Position numbers and translations under genes: made by a program
From: Monocercomonoides exilis PA203
Taxonomy: Eukaryota > Protista > Preaxostyla
DNA: 64,000 bases
Assembly: GCA_001643675.2 (NCBI GenBank)
Contig: LSRY02000016.1
Location: 868,001-932,000, forward strand
Direction of reading: 5' to 3'
Shown here: positions 1 to 13,232 of the stretch, in pieces
How positions within the stretch are numbered: position 1 is the first letter of the stretch
Layout: every line of letters begins with the position of its first letter
The notes under the pieces: model-generated
Told to the model about the DNA's origin: nothing
What the model saw: the letters and a program-made list of their open reading frames with translations, nothing else
Databases searched by the model: none

Positions 1-615
1 GCATCTTCTACCTCGTTCTTGGAGCTGTCGTATTGTAAAATTCATTTAAATCAATAATTGTAATTTCAAAAAACTCACTAAAAAAACACACCTCATATTC
101 AAACTCATCCCTTTTAGTTTTTGGCTTTGCATTTTCAATTTCACCAACAAAAAATCCTTCCATAACATCTCCTTCTCTTCTGCTAGTTATTCTATCATCC
201 CCCAAGTATTTTTCATCATATGATTCCCACATGTCGAACGTAGAGCCATCTTTCATATTTTCTCTCTCAGCCAACGCTTTCCTCTTTAAACGTTGAACCT
301 GTAATGCATAAACATCATCGTTTGAAATGTATTGCTTGAAAGCTTTTGTTGTCCTAAGAAGCTATATAACGTTATTGTTAAATTAAAAAGATCACTTTTT
401 CCTGGCACACAGCTCCCAATGTTCTTGGAGAACAAAATCCTAGTATTGCGGTCAAAGAAGATTTAGTGAGGTTTGAGAATAAGCCAAGCTGCTTTTCAGA
501 CAAAAGAGCTTCTGCAGTTAATATTTTATTTTTCTTTTCTCTAATGAAACAACAGCAAATTTCGAAGTTCCAAAAGAATATGTAAATACTATGCAATGCA
601 AGCAAACTGCTCCAT
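1..615 (-). CDS. F-box domain protein, 3'-partial (runs off the window start)
   Basis: ATG at 615. Inferred GT-AG introns 541-607, 362-410 and ~25-91. The spliced product reads MEQEKKNK...LFSNLTKSSLTAILGFCSPRTLGALLRTTKAFKQYISNDDVY, which matches F-box consensus spacing (L..e.l..If.yl.p.dL..l..vcK.w..l..dd.lw). Confidence 0.6.
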
Positions 616-1004
616 TAATATGAATGATATGACGAGTGATTTTGCTCGAAAATGGAAATTGATTTATGAATAATTCCTCAATATATTTGATCAAATCATT
701 TAATCATTTTTTTTGAAATGTTTTTTGATTGAGAATATTTTCAAACTTGAAAGTCGGTTTTGAAGTGAAAAATATGTTCCTTAAAAAACAAGTGATTTTG
801 CTGCCATTCTCCATGATAGAAAATATTTTGTTTTCATGTTAAAAAGTATTCGTAGTTTTTTTCTCTTAATGAATATTTGCACTTGAAAAGAAAATAAAAA
901 AAGAAAATATAAACACAAAAGAAGAGTTACTAAGATGAAATGAAGATAATGAAAATTATGAAGAAAAATATGTCACAATTTTCTGTTTTAATACAAAATT
1001 CAGA

Positions 1005-3265
1005 TCAAAAAGCGAAGTGTATATTTGGTTGTTTTGCTTTCAATTTTTTCATTGAAATGCGATGCCTAAAGCCATCAGGAGTTCCAACTGTGATCTAAAA
1101 AAATTATAAAATATTAATTGAAAAGACAATTAATAATTAATAATTTATAATCAATAAAAATAAATGTGATACACAACAAATTCATACCCCTTCTTGTGAT
1201 ATGCTTTCAATCACTCCAGTTATCTTCCCCTTTTCTCCTTGTTCCTCAATCGTAATAAAATCATTCGCCCACAAGATATGCCCCATGTACAGCAGCGACG
1301 AATCGTCCAATAGCCGAATGGCAGACAGCCCACCGAAGTTTCCTCTGAACGCCTCTCCTTTCTCTGCAATGTATTCTCCGTCTTCTTTGACCTGCGCATC
1401 CGACAGGGTGAACTTGACTGGAGGAATTCCCGATGACAGCCTCCGCTTCAGCACCAGCGACGAAGAGCCGCTGATCGCTGCTGCAGTCACAGCCTCTGCC
1501 GCCGCCGAAGCGTTTGAGTGGTGCTCTCCGCTCTGCTCTGCACGCAGCGTGGGCGCAGAAATCGTCGGCGCTGAGGCAGACGGAGGCGGGTTGACGGGCG
1601 GGACAGTCGTTGCGGAAGAGGCAGAAGGTGGGGAACTGAGAGTGGTGCTGGAAAGAGAGGGAGAAAGTGATGCGGCTGAAGAGGAAGGAGAAGGAGACGG
1701 AGACAACGAGCGGCGGTGTTTCAATGGAGGGTGATCTGTTGAAGTTGCATCGCTTGGATACAAAGACGCTCCTTCAGCACTTGCACTTTCGCTTTGATTG
1801 GCAGCTGCATGTGACAAATCAGCATCGTGAATGCTTGCATCAATACCTGCTTTTCTGCTTTCTTTTTCTCTGCCTCCTCTGCTTTCTGAAGCGCTTGATG
1901 TGTGAATTGATGAGGTTGAAGAAGAAGATGAGGAGGATGAGGATGAAGGCAATGAAGAGGCTGTTAAAGAAGCTCCAGAAACAGAAAGTGAAGAAGCAGA
2001 ATCAGACGATGTTGTGTTAGCAAAAGAAGAAAGCATTGAAGTGGATGACAGATGCGAGTCAAGGGGAACATGAGAAGGCAAAGCAGCCGAATCGTTCGTG
2101 GCAAACAAAGCCTCGTTTTCGGCTGAATGAAATATGGACAGAGGAACAGGAACAGGAGCGGTGTCTTCAGAAATGTTGAATGTGGGAGTGGAACTGTATG
2201 GCGTGCGTGTGGTGGGTGCAGACAAAAAGGGGAAGTAAGTGTGGATGTAGTCTGTGGAAAGAAGCCCTGTGTACGAAGGAAAGCGATCGGAGAAAGGAAA
2301 GGGGGGAAGACTGGAATATGGGGATGCTGTATCTTTCAGATTTTCGATATCTAATTCAGGGTCGTGTGCATCCAGCAATGAAGAATCATCAGCGGGAGGA
2401 TCTTGAATCATAGAAATCGAATCATCATCATTTCTGCTTGTCTTTGATCCACTGAAAACTTTTTGCTTTGAAGAATTCGTTTTTGTCTTTTGCATTTCCT
2501 TGCAATTGACATCATTCCTAAATTTACGTTTTTGTCTATATTGGTTGTTGAGGATGATGCTTCGTTCCTTTTCTTTTTTCTGCAGCATATTCATCAATGC
2601 AATTCGTTCTTCGACATTCTGCCCTGCTTCACCCACACTCGAAATGAGTCCTTCAGCTTCATTCCACACTAAGGCGCTCGAGGTTGTCAGCACCCCAACG
2701 TCAAATACCTTGCCATCCACTGTTAGAAAAGTTGACGGAAACATTGATTGTTCCGAATCAGGATCTGTCTGCTCGGAAGATGGAGTTTTGCTTTGTTTTC
2801 CGATTTTTCCATGTGAAATTTCATCTGAAACAGATTGAATAAGCTGCTCTTGAGCTGCCTGATAATCATAAATAAAACAAAAATTACAATGCAATATTCA
2901 TATTTTGAACAAACTAAAAATGTTTGGCGGGCCAGGGCTCTTTCATGGGCATAAGTGCGAAGTATGTTGGCTTCTTCTGTTTGAAGTGCAAGAACCGCAG
3001 CAGTTAATTGGTTATCTCTCTCAATAGTTATTTTATTCAATTGATGCTTTATTTTCGAACTTGTACCTGAAAATTTGATTGTTATCAATCTTTTTTGAAA
3101 TTTGAGGATTATTCAAAAACCTGCAATAACTCTATCTGCTTCTTTATAAAGATAGTCGAGCTGGGCGCATGTTGCCTGATACTTAAATATGTTGAACATA
3201 TCATTAATATTTCACACATATGCGTATTGACATACTTTTGAAGCTAATTCATCAACTGAAGTCAT
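1005..3265 (-). CDS. Sds3/BRMS1-like Sin3-HDAC complex subunit (~667 aa)
   Basis: Exons 3265-3236, 3181-3121, 3066-2915, 2858-1188 and 1094-1005 join in frame. The N-terminal coiled coil (YQATCAQLDYL...IAGTSSKIKHQLNKITIERDNQL...YAHERALARQTF) and the C-terminal FTLSDAQVKED...DDSSLLYMGH...GVIESISQEGITVGTPDG...KL region resemble the Sds3/BRMS1 ends. The middle is Ser/Pro-rich. Confidence 0.7.
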
Positions 3266-3414
3266 TCATAAATATCTTTAAGGTTTATGTAAAGTTTTTC
3301 AAGAATTGTTGGATATCTTATTTTCAATGCAAATATTCAAAAAATTCGATTGCTATTTTGGTATGTTCATTTTTCATTTTTCCAACCATAACTAATAATT
3401 TCTCACTTGAAGTC
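3266..3414. promoter_or_regulatory. putative bidirectional promoter (Sds3-like / kinesin-5)
   Basis: 149-bp AT-rich gap between divergent ATGs. Confidence 0.5.
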
Positions 3415-5915
3415 ATGGCTTTTTTACCGGACCATTCAGTATACTTTCAGTCAAAATCAACAGAAATTCAAACAACAGAAGATCCAATTAAAGTCGTTAT
3501 TCGAGCTAGGTTTTTCTATTTTTTAGGAAAATTATCGGTTAAGTTTATAAAGCTTTTTTGTATATTTTTCATTTTTTGAGACCTCTTCAAGATGAAGAAC
3601 AGCAATTTGTTTATCTTCAACGCACAGATACTGGAAAGCAAACGATTCACGTTCCAACAACTATTCAACATTCACAAGGAACGAGCTCAACATCATACAC
3701 ATTTGACCGCATTTATGACACAACGACAAATCAACAAACCATATTCAATGAGATAGTTTGTTAGAATTTTTTATTTTATCCATATTTTTTTATCAATAAC
3801 TTTTTTGAAAATATTTTTTTGATTAAGGCGAAACCAACAGTCGATGATTGTCTAAAGGGATATAATTGCACAATCTTTGCATATGGCTTGACTGGAAGTG
3901 GAAAAACTTACACCATGGAAGGGAAACATAACGAAAAAGGAGATTTCGATGGACTAGAAATTGGAATCATTCCTCGTTCACTTCATAGAATATTCTCTAT
4001 TCTTGAAAGTGCTTGTCCTGGAGGAGTTATTGGAGAAGCTGGAGAAGCATCATCTTCATATGCATCCTCATCATCGCGTGGTGTTTCACGCCCTCCATCG
4101 CGGGCACCTTCTCCTTCATCTTCGTTATCTCAAATCCGCTTGGACGATCTCTTCACAGCCGTAAATGCTCTGCCACCAGCTAATGCAGACCTTCAGCAGC
4201 TGTTTGGGGACAGTCACATCACCAGCTACAAAGTGATGGTTTCGAATGTTGAGGTGTATATGGAGTCGCTGAATGATCTTCTTGTGGAGGAGAAGAAAGG
4301 AGCAGACAGCGTTAGCCGCGGGCAGGAGAAGCGGAAGCTGACGATAGTGCAGAGCAAAGAAAACGAAGTTGTTGTGCAAGGGCTGAGGGAAGAGATCGTA
4401 ACGTCTACAGAAGACGCGCTGTATTGGTTGAAAGAAGGCTCGAAGAAGCGAGCGACAGCAGGGACACTGCTGAATCCTCGCTCTTCTCGCTCTCATTCGA
4501 TATTCACGATATCAGTGCAGATCTGGATGCGCACGAAGCAAGGAGTAGAAGAGATCAAGCTGGGCAAGCTGAATCTGGTGGACTTGGCCGGGTCCGAGTG
4601 CGTGGGGAAGTCCAAAGCGGAGAAGCTGCAGCAGCAGGAGGCTGGTTTTATTAACCAGTCACTGCTCAGTCTGAGCAAAGTGATTACGGCACTGCAGCAA
4701 AAACAGTCATACATTCCGTACCGCGAGACGAATCTAACGCGCATCCTGCAGAACTCGCTGGGAGGGAACAGCAAGACGACGCTGATTGCAACGGTGGATC
4801 TATCGAAGAGCAACGCAGAGACGACGAAGTCGACACTGGACTTTGCATTCCGCACGAAATCGATTCAGAACAAGCCGAAGCTGAACGTAGCGATTTCGTC
4901 GGCTTCCATCATCAAAGGACTGGAAGTGGAGCTGCAGAAGACGAGAAGAGACTTGCAGCAGCAGATCGAGAAAGAAGGAGTGTGTGTTCCAGTGGATGAA
5001 GTCGATAGGCTCAGAAAGGCAGAAAAGGATATGAAAAAACTGGAGGAGATGCTGGAAGAAAGGGATGAAGAGTTAAAAAGTGAAAGGGAGCAAGTTGAAG
5101 AATTACGTGCACAGCTGGATAAGGTGAACGCAGAAAAAGAAGAAGTTGCTGAAGCAAAGAGAGAAATTGAAGGGGTTTTGTGCGAAAGTGAAAAGAATGC
5201 AGAAGAATTAAAAGATAAATTGGACAAAGCAAACGATGAGATTTCTTCACTCAAAGCGGAGAAAGAGGAGCTTATCACACAGAAGTCAGAACTGCATGAA
5301 CGATACCTCAAATTGGTTGCAGAGTCTCAAGAAAAAGAACAGAAACTGAACCTGGAAGAAGAGAAGAAGCGTGAAATTGGAGAAAAATACAAAGTGGCTG
5401 TGGATGAGTGGGAGGATTACAGCAGCAAGCGGAGGCAAAAAGGAAGCTCTTTTGAAGATTTTCAGACAGTCAGCAGCTTTTTGATGTGGATGAAAGGAAA
5501 CTTAATTCCGAAACTTATCTCTCCAATTTCTCTATTGGCAGAAGAGCACAGCTCCAGCGATATTTCGAAAGAAAGCGAAGAAATAAAGAGGAAAGAGGAC
5601 AAACTAAAAGAAGAAGTCGATGAAGAGTTTGAGAAGATAATGAAAGATATACAGAAGATGAAGAGGGAAGTGGAAGAAGCGACGGCCAAACAGAAAGAAG
5701 CAGAGATGATTATCAATCAGATGAGAATAGGAGACAGCCAGATGGATGCTGAGATTCTGTCCCAGCAGCAGAGCTTGATTGAGCGTGTGAATGCGCTGCA
5801 GAAGCAGATAAATGACAGGCACAACGACAGAATTGAGTCTCACACACGAATCTTAGACGCACTTCACCACAACACCTCAGTTCTTCAGTCGTCGCTTTCT
5901 GAAAGTGCTATTTGA
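3415..5915 (+). CDS. KIF11: kinesin-5 (BimC/Eg5 family) motor protein (~785 aa)
   Basis: Introns 3510-3580 and 3756-3827. P-loop GLTGSGKT, switch I NPRSSRSH, switch II LVDLAGSE, and YIPYRE are present. The neck KSIQNKPKLN...RRDL...EKEGV is typical of kinesin-5, followed by a coiled-coil stalk. An extra 3' exon is not excluded. Confidence 0.8.
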
Positions 5916-7035
5916 AGATTTCTCTCTTCCCCTCTCTCTCTTTCTTAGCTCAAAGAAAAATATATGTTTAAAATGGATATTAAACAGTGAAATGAGTCAT
6001 TCCAGCACATTCATCCCATACACTTCATTATTCAACCCGCGCACTTCACCTCTCTCAATCGACATCTCCTATTCATTTCAATAAAAGCTCCCACAAACGA
6101 TGAAAATTTACCGTTTTGTCGCATCATTTGCATGTTTGTATCTCAATCTTCATGTGGAAAAGGAGGACTTCTTAAGTGCCTTCAAATGTATTTGTGCCTT
6201 TGCATTTGGAAATTCGTCGAATTTATTTGATTTGATCGTCAAAGGGAAAGCGTTTCTTTACAGAATTTAGCATAATGATAAAACATTGAAGAATTCATTA
6301 AATAAAAATTTGTAAATATTCTATTTGGTCATGTGTTTTTGTTTTCACATTTCATCCTTTTTTTCAAAATTTTTGATTTTTGAAATTGCAAATAAGAAAA
6401 ATTATGTATAACAAAAATTTGGAATGACCAATTCATTTCCGGTTCAAATCACAAAGACGAAGATGAACAAAAGCGTTTTCATGAAGCTCATTTAACAATC
6501 ATTTTGTGCAAATTGATTGAATTTCAAAGAAAAATAAAACATGATTTTTCTTTTTCGAAAAGCAGGAAGGAACATTATGAAACAATTTCAGTTTTGAATA
6601 TAAATGAGTTCAATAGACTTTTCATTTTTTGAATACTGTGAATATTAACATCGAAAGAATATCTGAAAATTTCATAGTTTTTTGTAAATGTTGTTCATTT
6701 CAGATGGTCAATGGACAATTTTTTTTGCAAACATTTGGACAAAAACACAAACGATAATATCTGAGATATGAAATTTTGAGAAGCAATCATTCAAGCAATC
6801 TTCACTATATTTCTTTTTTAACATACTTTTTGTGAATGAGACTTTTAGCCTTGTTCTGTTTTAATAACTTCAATGAGCATAAATCATAAATTCAATGCAC
6901 ATGTCAAATGTACAAATTCTTTTATAAATGTGAAATGAGGAATACAAACTGCTAAATCGATAAAAAAGCTAAATTTGAGAAAATGAGAGTGAAAAAAAAA
7001 AAAATCAAAAGAATGAACGAAAATGGATGTGAGGA

Positions 7036-8552
7036 TTACTGAATTGAGCATTGGACCTGTGTTGCCCCACCAGGTCCGTAGCCTCCTCCTCTCATATCAT
7101 CATCGTCGTCATCAGGGTCTGTTGCTCTGGATTGAGAATATCTGCTCTCATCTTCATCTCTCCTTGAACGATGCCTCTGTCTGTTGGACGAGCCTGTTGC
7201 AGTCGTCGACCCGCTGCTGCCGTCCATTTCGCTCAGCTCGACTTCTTCCACATCTGCATCTTCAGGTATTTCTGGCTGTGGAGTCCCGGGGAATATTTTG
7301 AGGAGGTTTTTCTTCATCATTGCATTCAGTGAGCCCTTTTGTGGATATTCAACTTCGAATGTAACGTAGAGATTTCCTTTCTCCAGTGCCGAACGATAAA
7401 CGGGCATGCCTTCATTCACCACTCCGCGCACATCACCAGGCTTGATGACGTCTCCGGGTTCTGATGTCAGCATAAGCTTTCTCCCGTCTAACGTAACCAC
7501 TTCAAAAGCAAAGCCGCACAGCGACTCAGCCAGGGTTATCTTCTTGGTGATATGGAGATCTCTCCCTTTTCGGACAAATACTGGATGAGGTGCTTCGTTG
7601 ATGATGATGACAACATCACCTGCTTCTACATCAGGCTCTTCATTACCTTCATTCTTCAAAGTTATCTTCTGACCATTTTGCATTCCTCTTTCCACATAAA
7701 TCTCAATTTCTTTTGGCTTTTCAACAACGTATTCTCCATCGCATTCAGGACATATATCTTCTGGATCAATTATCACACCCTTTTGGTGGCAATTACGACA
7801 TGGCTGTTGAGATGTTGAAATAAATCCAGGCCCTAACCTTTGAGTTACGGTCATAATCTTTCTTCCATTGCATACGGGGCAAACTTGAACAGCACCTGGC
7901 TTTGCCGAGCCTTTACCTTTACATGTCGCACAAATTTTGCGAGCAGTAATTTTCAGTTTCTTTGTTTTTCCGTTGTACAAATCTTGAAGAGATAATTTAA
8001 TTGGATATGTAACATCTTCACCTTTTTGAGGACCTTGCGGTTCTCCAACACCAAACCCAAAGAGTTGAGAAAACAAATCTCCTGCATCATGAAAGTTTTC
8101 TCCTCCTCCTTCTTTTAATCCTTCTTCTCCATATCTGATGGCGAAAAACAAATAAAAAACTGTTTCAAAAAATACATTATCAAAAAGCAATGCACAAACT
8201 TGTCATAAAGCTCTCTCTTTTTTTGATCGCTTAAAACCTCGTAGGCCATTCCAACTTCTTTAAACTTTTCTGCAGCTTCAGGATTGTCAGGCTTTTTCAT
8301 TAATTTGTTTTGAAATATTCATTTTCAAAAATATAATTAAACATTTTCCGAAAAGCATAAATATTTTCAGGATGTCAAAAAATAATTTGAGAGATTTATA
8401 TATAAACTTTTTTATTTGTAAGATAAAAGCATTCAAACATTTTTATCAGGATGCCACTTGAGAGCAGCCTTTCTATAGGCCCTTTTGATTTCGTCTTCAG
8501 TTGCAGTTTTTGTTATTCCTAAAATGTCATAAAATTTTGTATCAGGAGCCAT
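7036..8552 (-). CDS. DNAJA: class A J-domain co-chaperone (DnaJA/Ydj1, Hsp40), ~434 aa
   Basis: Introns 8292-8438 and 8135-8199. J domain with HPD ([19 protein letters not shown]), G/F region, four CxxC zinc-finger motifs, peptide-binding domains, and a C-terminal CaaX motif (CSIQ). Confidence 0.93.
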
Positions 8553-8802
8553 TACTTTGTTGCCAAAGGCTGCAGTTTAATTTGATCAATTCCCACTTTT
8601 GAAATAATAACGAAAAATCTAATAAAACCAACAGGCAACCGAATTTTCCAATTTTGAATAAGTCAAATAATGCATTGTTGTTTAAACGTACAGAAATTAT
8701 CTGAAAATTGAAAAAGCATTTTTGAAATCATATTTTCGAAAAATTTGAGAATTTCAATTTTTTTTGAAAAAAGAGTTTATTTAAAATATTTGTGAAAAAT
8801 CA

Positions 8803-8805
<3 letters not shown>

Positions 8806-8834
<29 letters not shown>
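8806..8834. repeat. poly(A)29 homopolymer
   Basis: Read directly from the sequence. Confidence 0.9.
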
Positions 8835-9558
8835 CAATATAATTTTTTGCTCAAAGTTGAGTGATGTTCTCAGCAAAATCTATACAGAAACCTTTATCTT
8901 ATCTTATCTTTTCTTTCTTTTTCACTTTTTGGTTCATTTTAAGAAAATGGAAAAAACAATGAAAGATATTTAATGATGAATGCAATTTCATCTTTCGAAG
9001 AATTATAGATATTTACATAATAAAAGCAAGTTAACATCGAAATAAAAATATTATAATACAATATTAAAAATCAAAAATGAATAAATAAATAAAAATTAAA
9101 ATCCATACAAAAATTATCATTATATCCTTTTATTAAATCTTTTGAATATGTAACTATATTCAAGTTCGAAAACAAATCATTGACCATATCAAACAGTTCA
9201 AAATATTAACGTGTATTTAAAAAAAATTTCAATAAACAAGAAGCTCTTTGAACAACAAATCAAAATTTTATAAATAAAAAAACATTAAAATAACATGTAT
9301 ATTATTTTTCATAAAAAAGGAATGAATGAAAGAAACTCTGCTTTGACGACAGGAGTAAAGATTTTTGTAATTTAACAAATTTTGAAAAAATAAAAATAAA
9401 TATTAAAAATAAATATTAAAAACAAATATGATTCAAGATCGTATCCGAAAAAAATTTACCAATATCGTCAATTCGAAAATCAAAATAAATATGAAAATAA
9501 ATATACAAACATACTCATTTTAATTTAAAAAATCACAAACAATATTGTAACGAAGTTA

Positions 9559-12500
9559 TTACACCTCATTTGTCAATTCAGAGTCGTTAATGGACGTATA
9601 CTGTCTTCTCTTTTTGTTTCGAATCACGAATAATTTTATCACAACTGTTACAGCAACAGCAACTACTGTAAATACGCTCACAGACACAATTATTGCAACA
9701 AGCTGGGCTTTTGTCAGTTTCTTTGGTTCTTCTTTCTTCTGTTTTACCAAAATTGCATTTGAAGAGAATTTTTTTTCTTCATTAACAACTCCAGCCGGAT
9801 AAGAAAGACGACAAACAACAGATGTATAATCATCCACATTCAATATATCTCGAGGAATTAAAACTTTCATTTCTGTTTCATTCACATACTCAGATACAGC
9901 ACAATTTATCCATTCTTGCTCTTTCCCATTCCTCTTTTTGGATGCTTCGAATGTTAATCCACACGGAAACAAATATGATCCATGAACAACAGCTTCGACT
10001 TTTGAATCACTAACATCTTTGTTGCTCATCTTGTTCATTGCACTCTTGTTCTCTTCATTCAAAGACACATTCTTCAAAATTTGTGAAAAGAAAAACGAAT
10101 TCATGCCATTAATTGCGCTCCCATCTGCTTTTCCATTTGTAAGCAACCCAAGCGGTTTCCCTTCCAATCCATCGCTCCCTGGAGTCAGCGATCTTATGCA
10201 AATATAATCGATTCCTGGTTTCCCGTTTTGACGGATGTTGTAACGTAAAGATGGATATTTCTCCCAACATGCATCAATCGGATGATTATTAAAAAAACTA
10301 CAGTTGTTTAATTCGATTTTGGAGCTGGAAGATAAAATAGCACCTTCTCCAATGTTAATAAAAGAACTATCGTTAATAATTGCACCAGACGAACTTTTCA
10401 ACTCAAGAAGTCCCGAACTCCAAGAACACAATGGATTTTCTTTTTCGTTGTCTCCATTCAAGATTCCTCTTTCTTTGTTCAATTGGGATATTGACTGATG
10501 TGCAATTTTACTGTTTGCAGTCTTATTCATTTTTGCGTTGTTTTCATTCCTTCCATTTATTACAAGCTGAGAAATATTTATTTTTTCCCCTTCAAAAATG
10601 ATCAACTTTAATGGCAAAAGTTTTCCTTCTCCTCCACTAACATTATCACCCTGAAGATCTGTTTTCCATGGTCTAAAAACAACATCAACAATCTCCAAAG
10701 AATGCTTTCCATAAATCAAATCTAATTTGTCTCCTTCAATGGCATCTGGATACTCGATATCAATATGTTTAAAGGAAAGCATTTTTAATCCGCCAAACAC
10801 ATATGTTGTTTTAACTCTTTTTATATCCGCTTTAATATGAAGTATTCCGCGATTCTGCTCAGTCAAAGGAAAAGCCAATGACGATTCATCCGGTGCGGAT
10901 GTAATCAGCGCATATTGAGGCCCAGAAAAAGGATCACCTACATTGACACTATCAATAATCATCATTCTTGATTTTCCGTTGCAAGTATGATGCTCAGTTG
11001 CAATGGAAAGCAAATCGCAAGGTTCCTCTTTTCTTCCACATGTTTTTTCAAAGGTAGATTTTTCACCACCAATGAAAAGATTTTTTGAATGATAAGTCAA
11101 TCTATTTGCTCCATCGCACATCAGATCAACAATATTTCCTTTTCCTTCACTCCTGTCTTCCATTATTATTAGATTCTCCTTCCCATAGATTTCTTCCATT
11201 TCAAACTCAAAGTCTTTCACATAAATTTGCGCTGTTCCAACTGGATAAGAAATGAAAAGAAATTTCCCTTGATCTGCGCTGCAGTCGGAGAACGTAATGA
11301 ACTTTAACGATAAAGATATTGAGTCAGTGACCTCATCCGTTGCCCTGATGGACATTGCTCCTCCTTTTGATTCGTCGTTTTTCCGAGCGTTTCCACGAGT
11401 CATGTATGAAGCAGTTTGATGGCATGTGCAATTCACGAAATGGCTGTTTAATATTGTGGAAGATTGCTTATTATCCGCAATTTCCAAATATATAACTCCT
11501 CCTAATTTGTGTTCAATTGTGCAACAATTTGAAAATTCGCAATCGAGGACACTCGTAAAATGGCGCGCACTCATGATTGTGATGACCGATTGCGAATTGC
11601 TTTTTGTTGTTATTGAAGAAAGCATTGATTTTTCCAGATGAAACTCTTCAGCATCTTCAACAAAGATTAATGCACAAGAAGATATAAATTGCGAGATTTC
11701 AACTTGAATGAGTTCCAAGGTTCCTGACTTGCATTCCATGAAAACGCAGTTCAGCTCAAGCTCTGAATTCGTATTGTTGAAATGCACAACATTTAATAAG
11801 ATATGTGTTCCTTCACCTTCACCAATTATGAACCTTTGATTTCTTCCGCTTTCTTGCTTTGCATCAACGCAAATATCCATATTCCTCAATTCAAACGATC
11901 CACCATTCTTCACATGAAACATTGTTTCGCCAATTTTCACTTTTTTCTCTTCCAGAGCTGTTGTTATGATGGTTTTTTCTTGACTTTTATAAGAAATGTG
12001 GACAGAACAGTCATCAATTACAATTGGCTCTGTATCATATTTGTGGCAGCAACCTGCAACATAAATTGACAATCCTCCTTTTGGTTTGCAAAATTCAATA
12101 GCTTTTTTAATTGTTTTGCATGGAGTTTTCCCTGATTGACCACAGTCAGTCTCATCAACTCCATTTTCACCATCAGCGTCCACTTTAATATCGTCGTTGC
12201 TCATTTCTTCATTAGTGTTGGAAATTTGTTTGTTTGTTAATTTCGATTCTTTCTTATTTTCTCTTCGCGAACTAAAGCTATTCAAATTTGATAAGCTGTT
12301 CATATTTGCAACAGTTTTCATATCCATTCCTATCTTTTCTTCAATGTCATCTTTTTATTTTTTGATGTTTTCTGTTTGTGCTCTGTGATTTGAAATAGCA
12401 ACAGATGTCAACTGATCCAAGTTTTTTTAGATCAACAATGATATTCTCTGCGCTTTGTTTGCTTTGTTGAGAATAAAACAATCTTGCTTCATTGTGTTCG

Positions 12501-12559
12501 GGTTCGACAGCGAATACGATTTCTTTCAAACAAATCAAAAAAGTGAAAATCATAATCAT
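9559..12559 (-). CDS. Cys-rich type-I membrane surface protein of a lineage-expanded family (beta-helix-like repeats, short cytoplasmic tail)
   Basis: 922-aa ORF with CG...PCxT motifs (DCGQSGKTPCKTI, TCGRKEEPCDLL), a C-terminal TM segment (LVAIIVSVSVFTVVAVAVTVVIKLFVI) and tail RNKKRRQYTSI. A signal-peptide-like ORF at 12559-12347 lies in another frame and needs a ~52-nt intron or a frameshift to join. Confidence 0.7.
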
Positions 12560-12669
12560 TATGTCAAAATAAAATGTATGTGTTCCTTGATCAATTCACT
12601 TTCAAAATTCTCGAAAATTAAAATGTTTCATCTAGAAAATATATGTTGTGTGTTAAAAAACACATACTG

Positions 12670-12672
<3 letters not shown>

Positions 12673-12700
<28 letters not shown>
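12673..12700. repeat. (AT)14 microsatellite
   Basis: Read directly from the sequence. Confidence 0.9.
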
Positions 12701-12703
<3 letters not shown>

Positions 12704-13232
12704 CTTTGTTTGTCTGAAAATTCTTTGTGATTGTGTGGTATATAATTTATCCAAGTTTTCTGTTCATTCATCAATCAATCGAACTAACATTTTGATGTGG
12801 ATTTGTCAGACAGTTCAATGGGGATGGGTTATTGCCAGCTCATTTTACTTTCAAGCTTGAACACTTTTGTTGATAAAGTGTTCTTTTTTGAAAAGAAACA
12901 AAAAACCGATTATTGTGATTTCATATCAAAACGAATTTCTTGTCCGCGAACACACAAATGTTTTCAAATTTTGGAGGCGTACACAAACAACAAAACTTTT
13001 TTTTCCCCCTTTCAATTCTTTTTTATCCTTGAAATAGAAGTCTTAATTTTTAATTTTTATGAAGAAAAGAATTGAAATTTTCCATATAAATTATTGAATA
13101 ACTGAAATTTCGAGACACAATTATTAAAAAAAGAAAGAATGCAAAATACACAAACAAATTAAATTTCAATGTACAAAAAATTTTAAATTCATAAATACCA
13201 ATTTTTAAATCGAAGATCAAATTCACAGCAAT

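Noticed and set aside
354-410. Apparent need for a non-canonical (GA/GG) donor in the F-box gene
   Set aside because: A canonical GTGTGC...TATAG intron (362-410) restores the frame and gives better F-box spacing.
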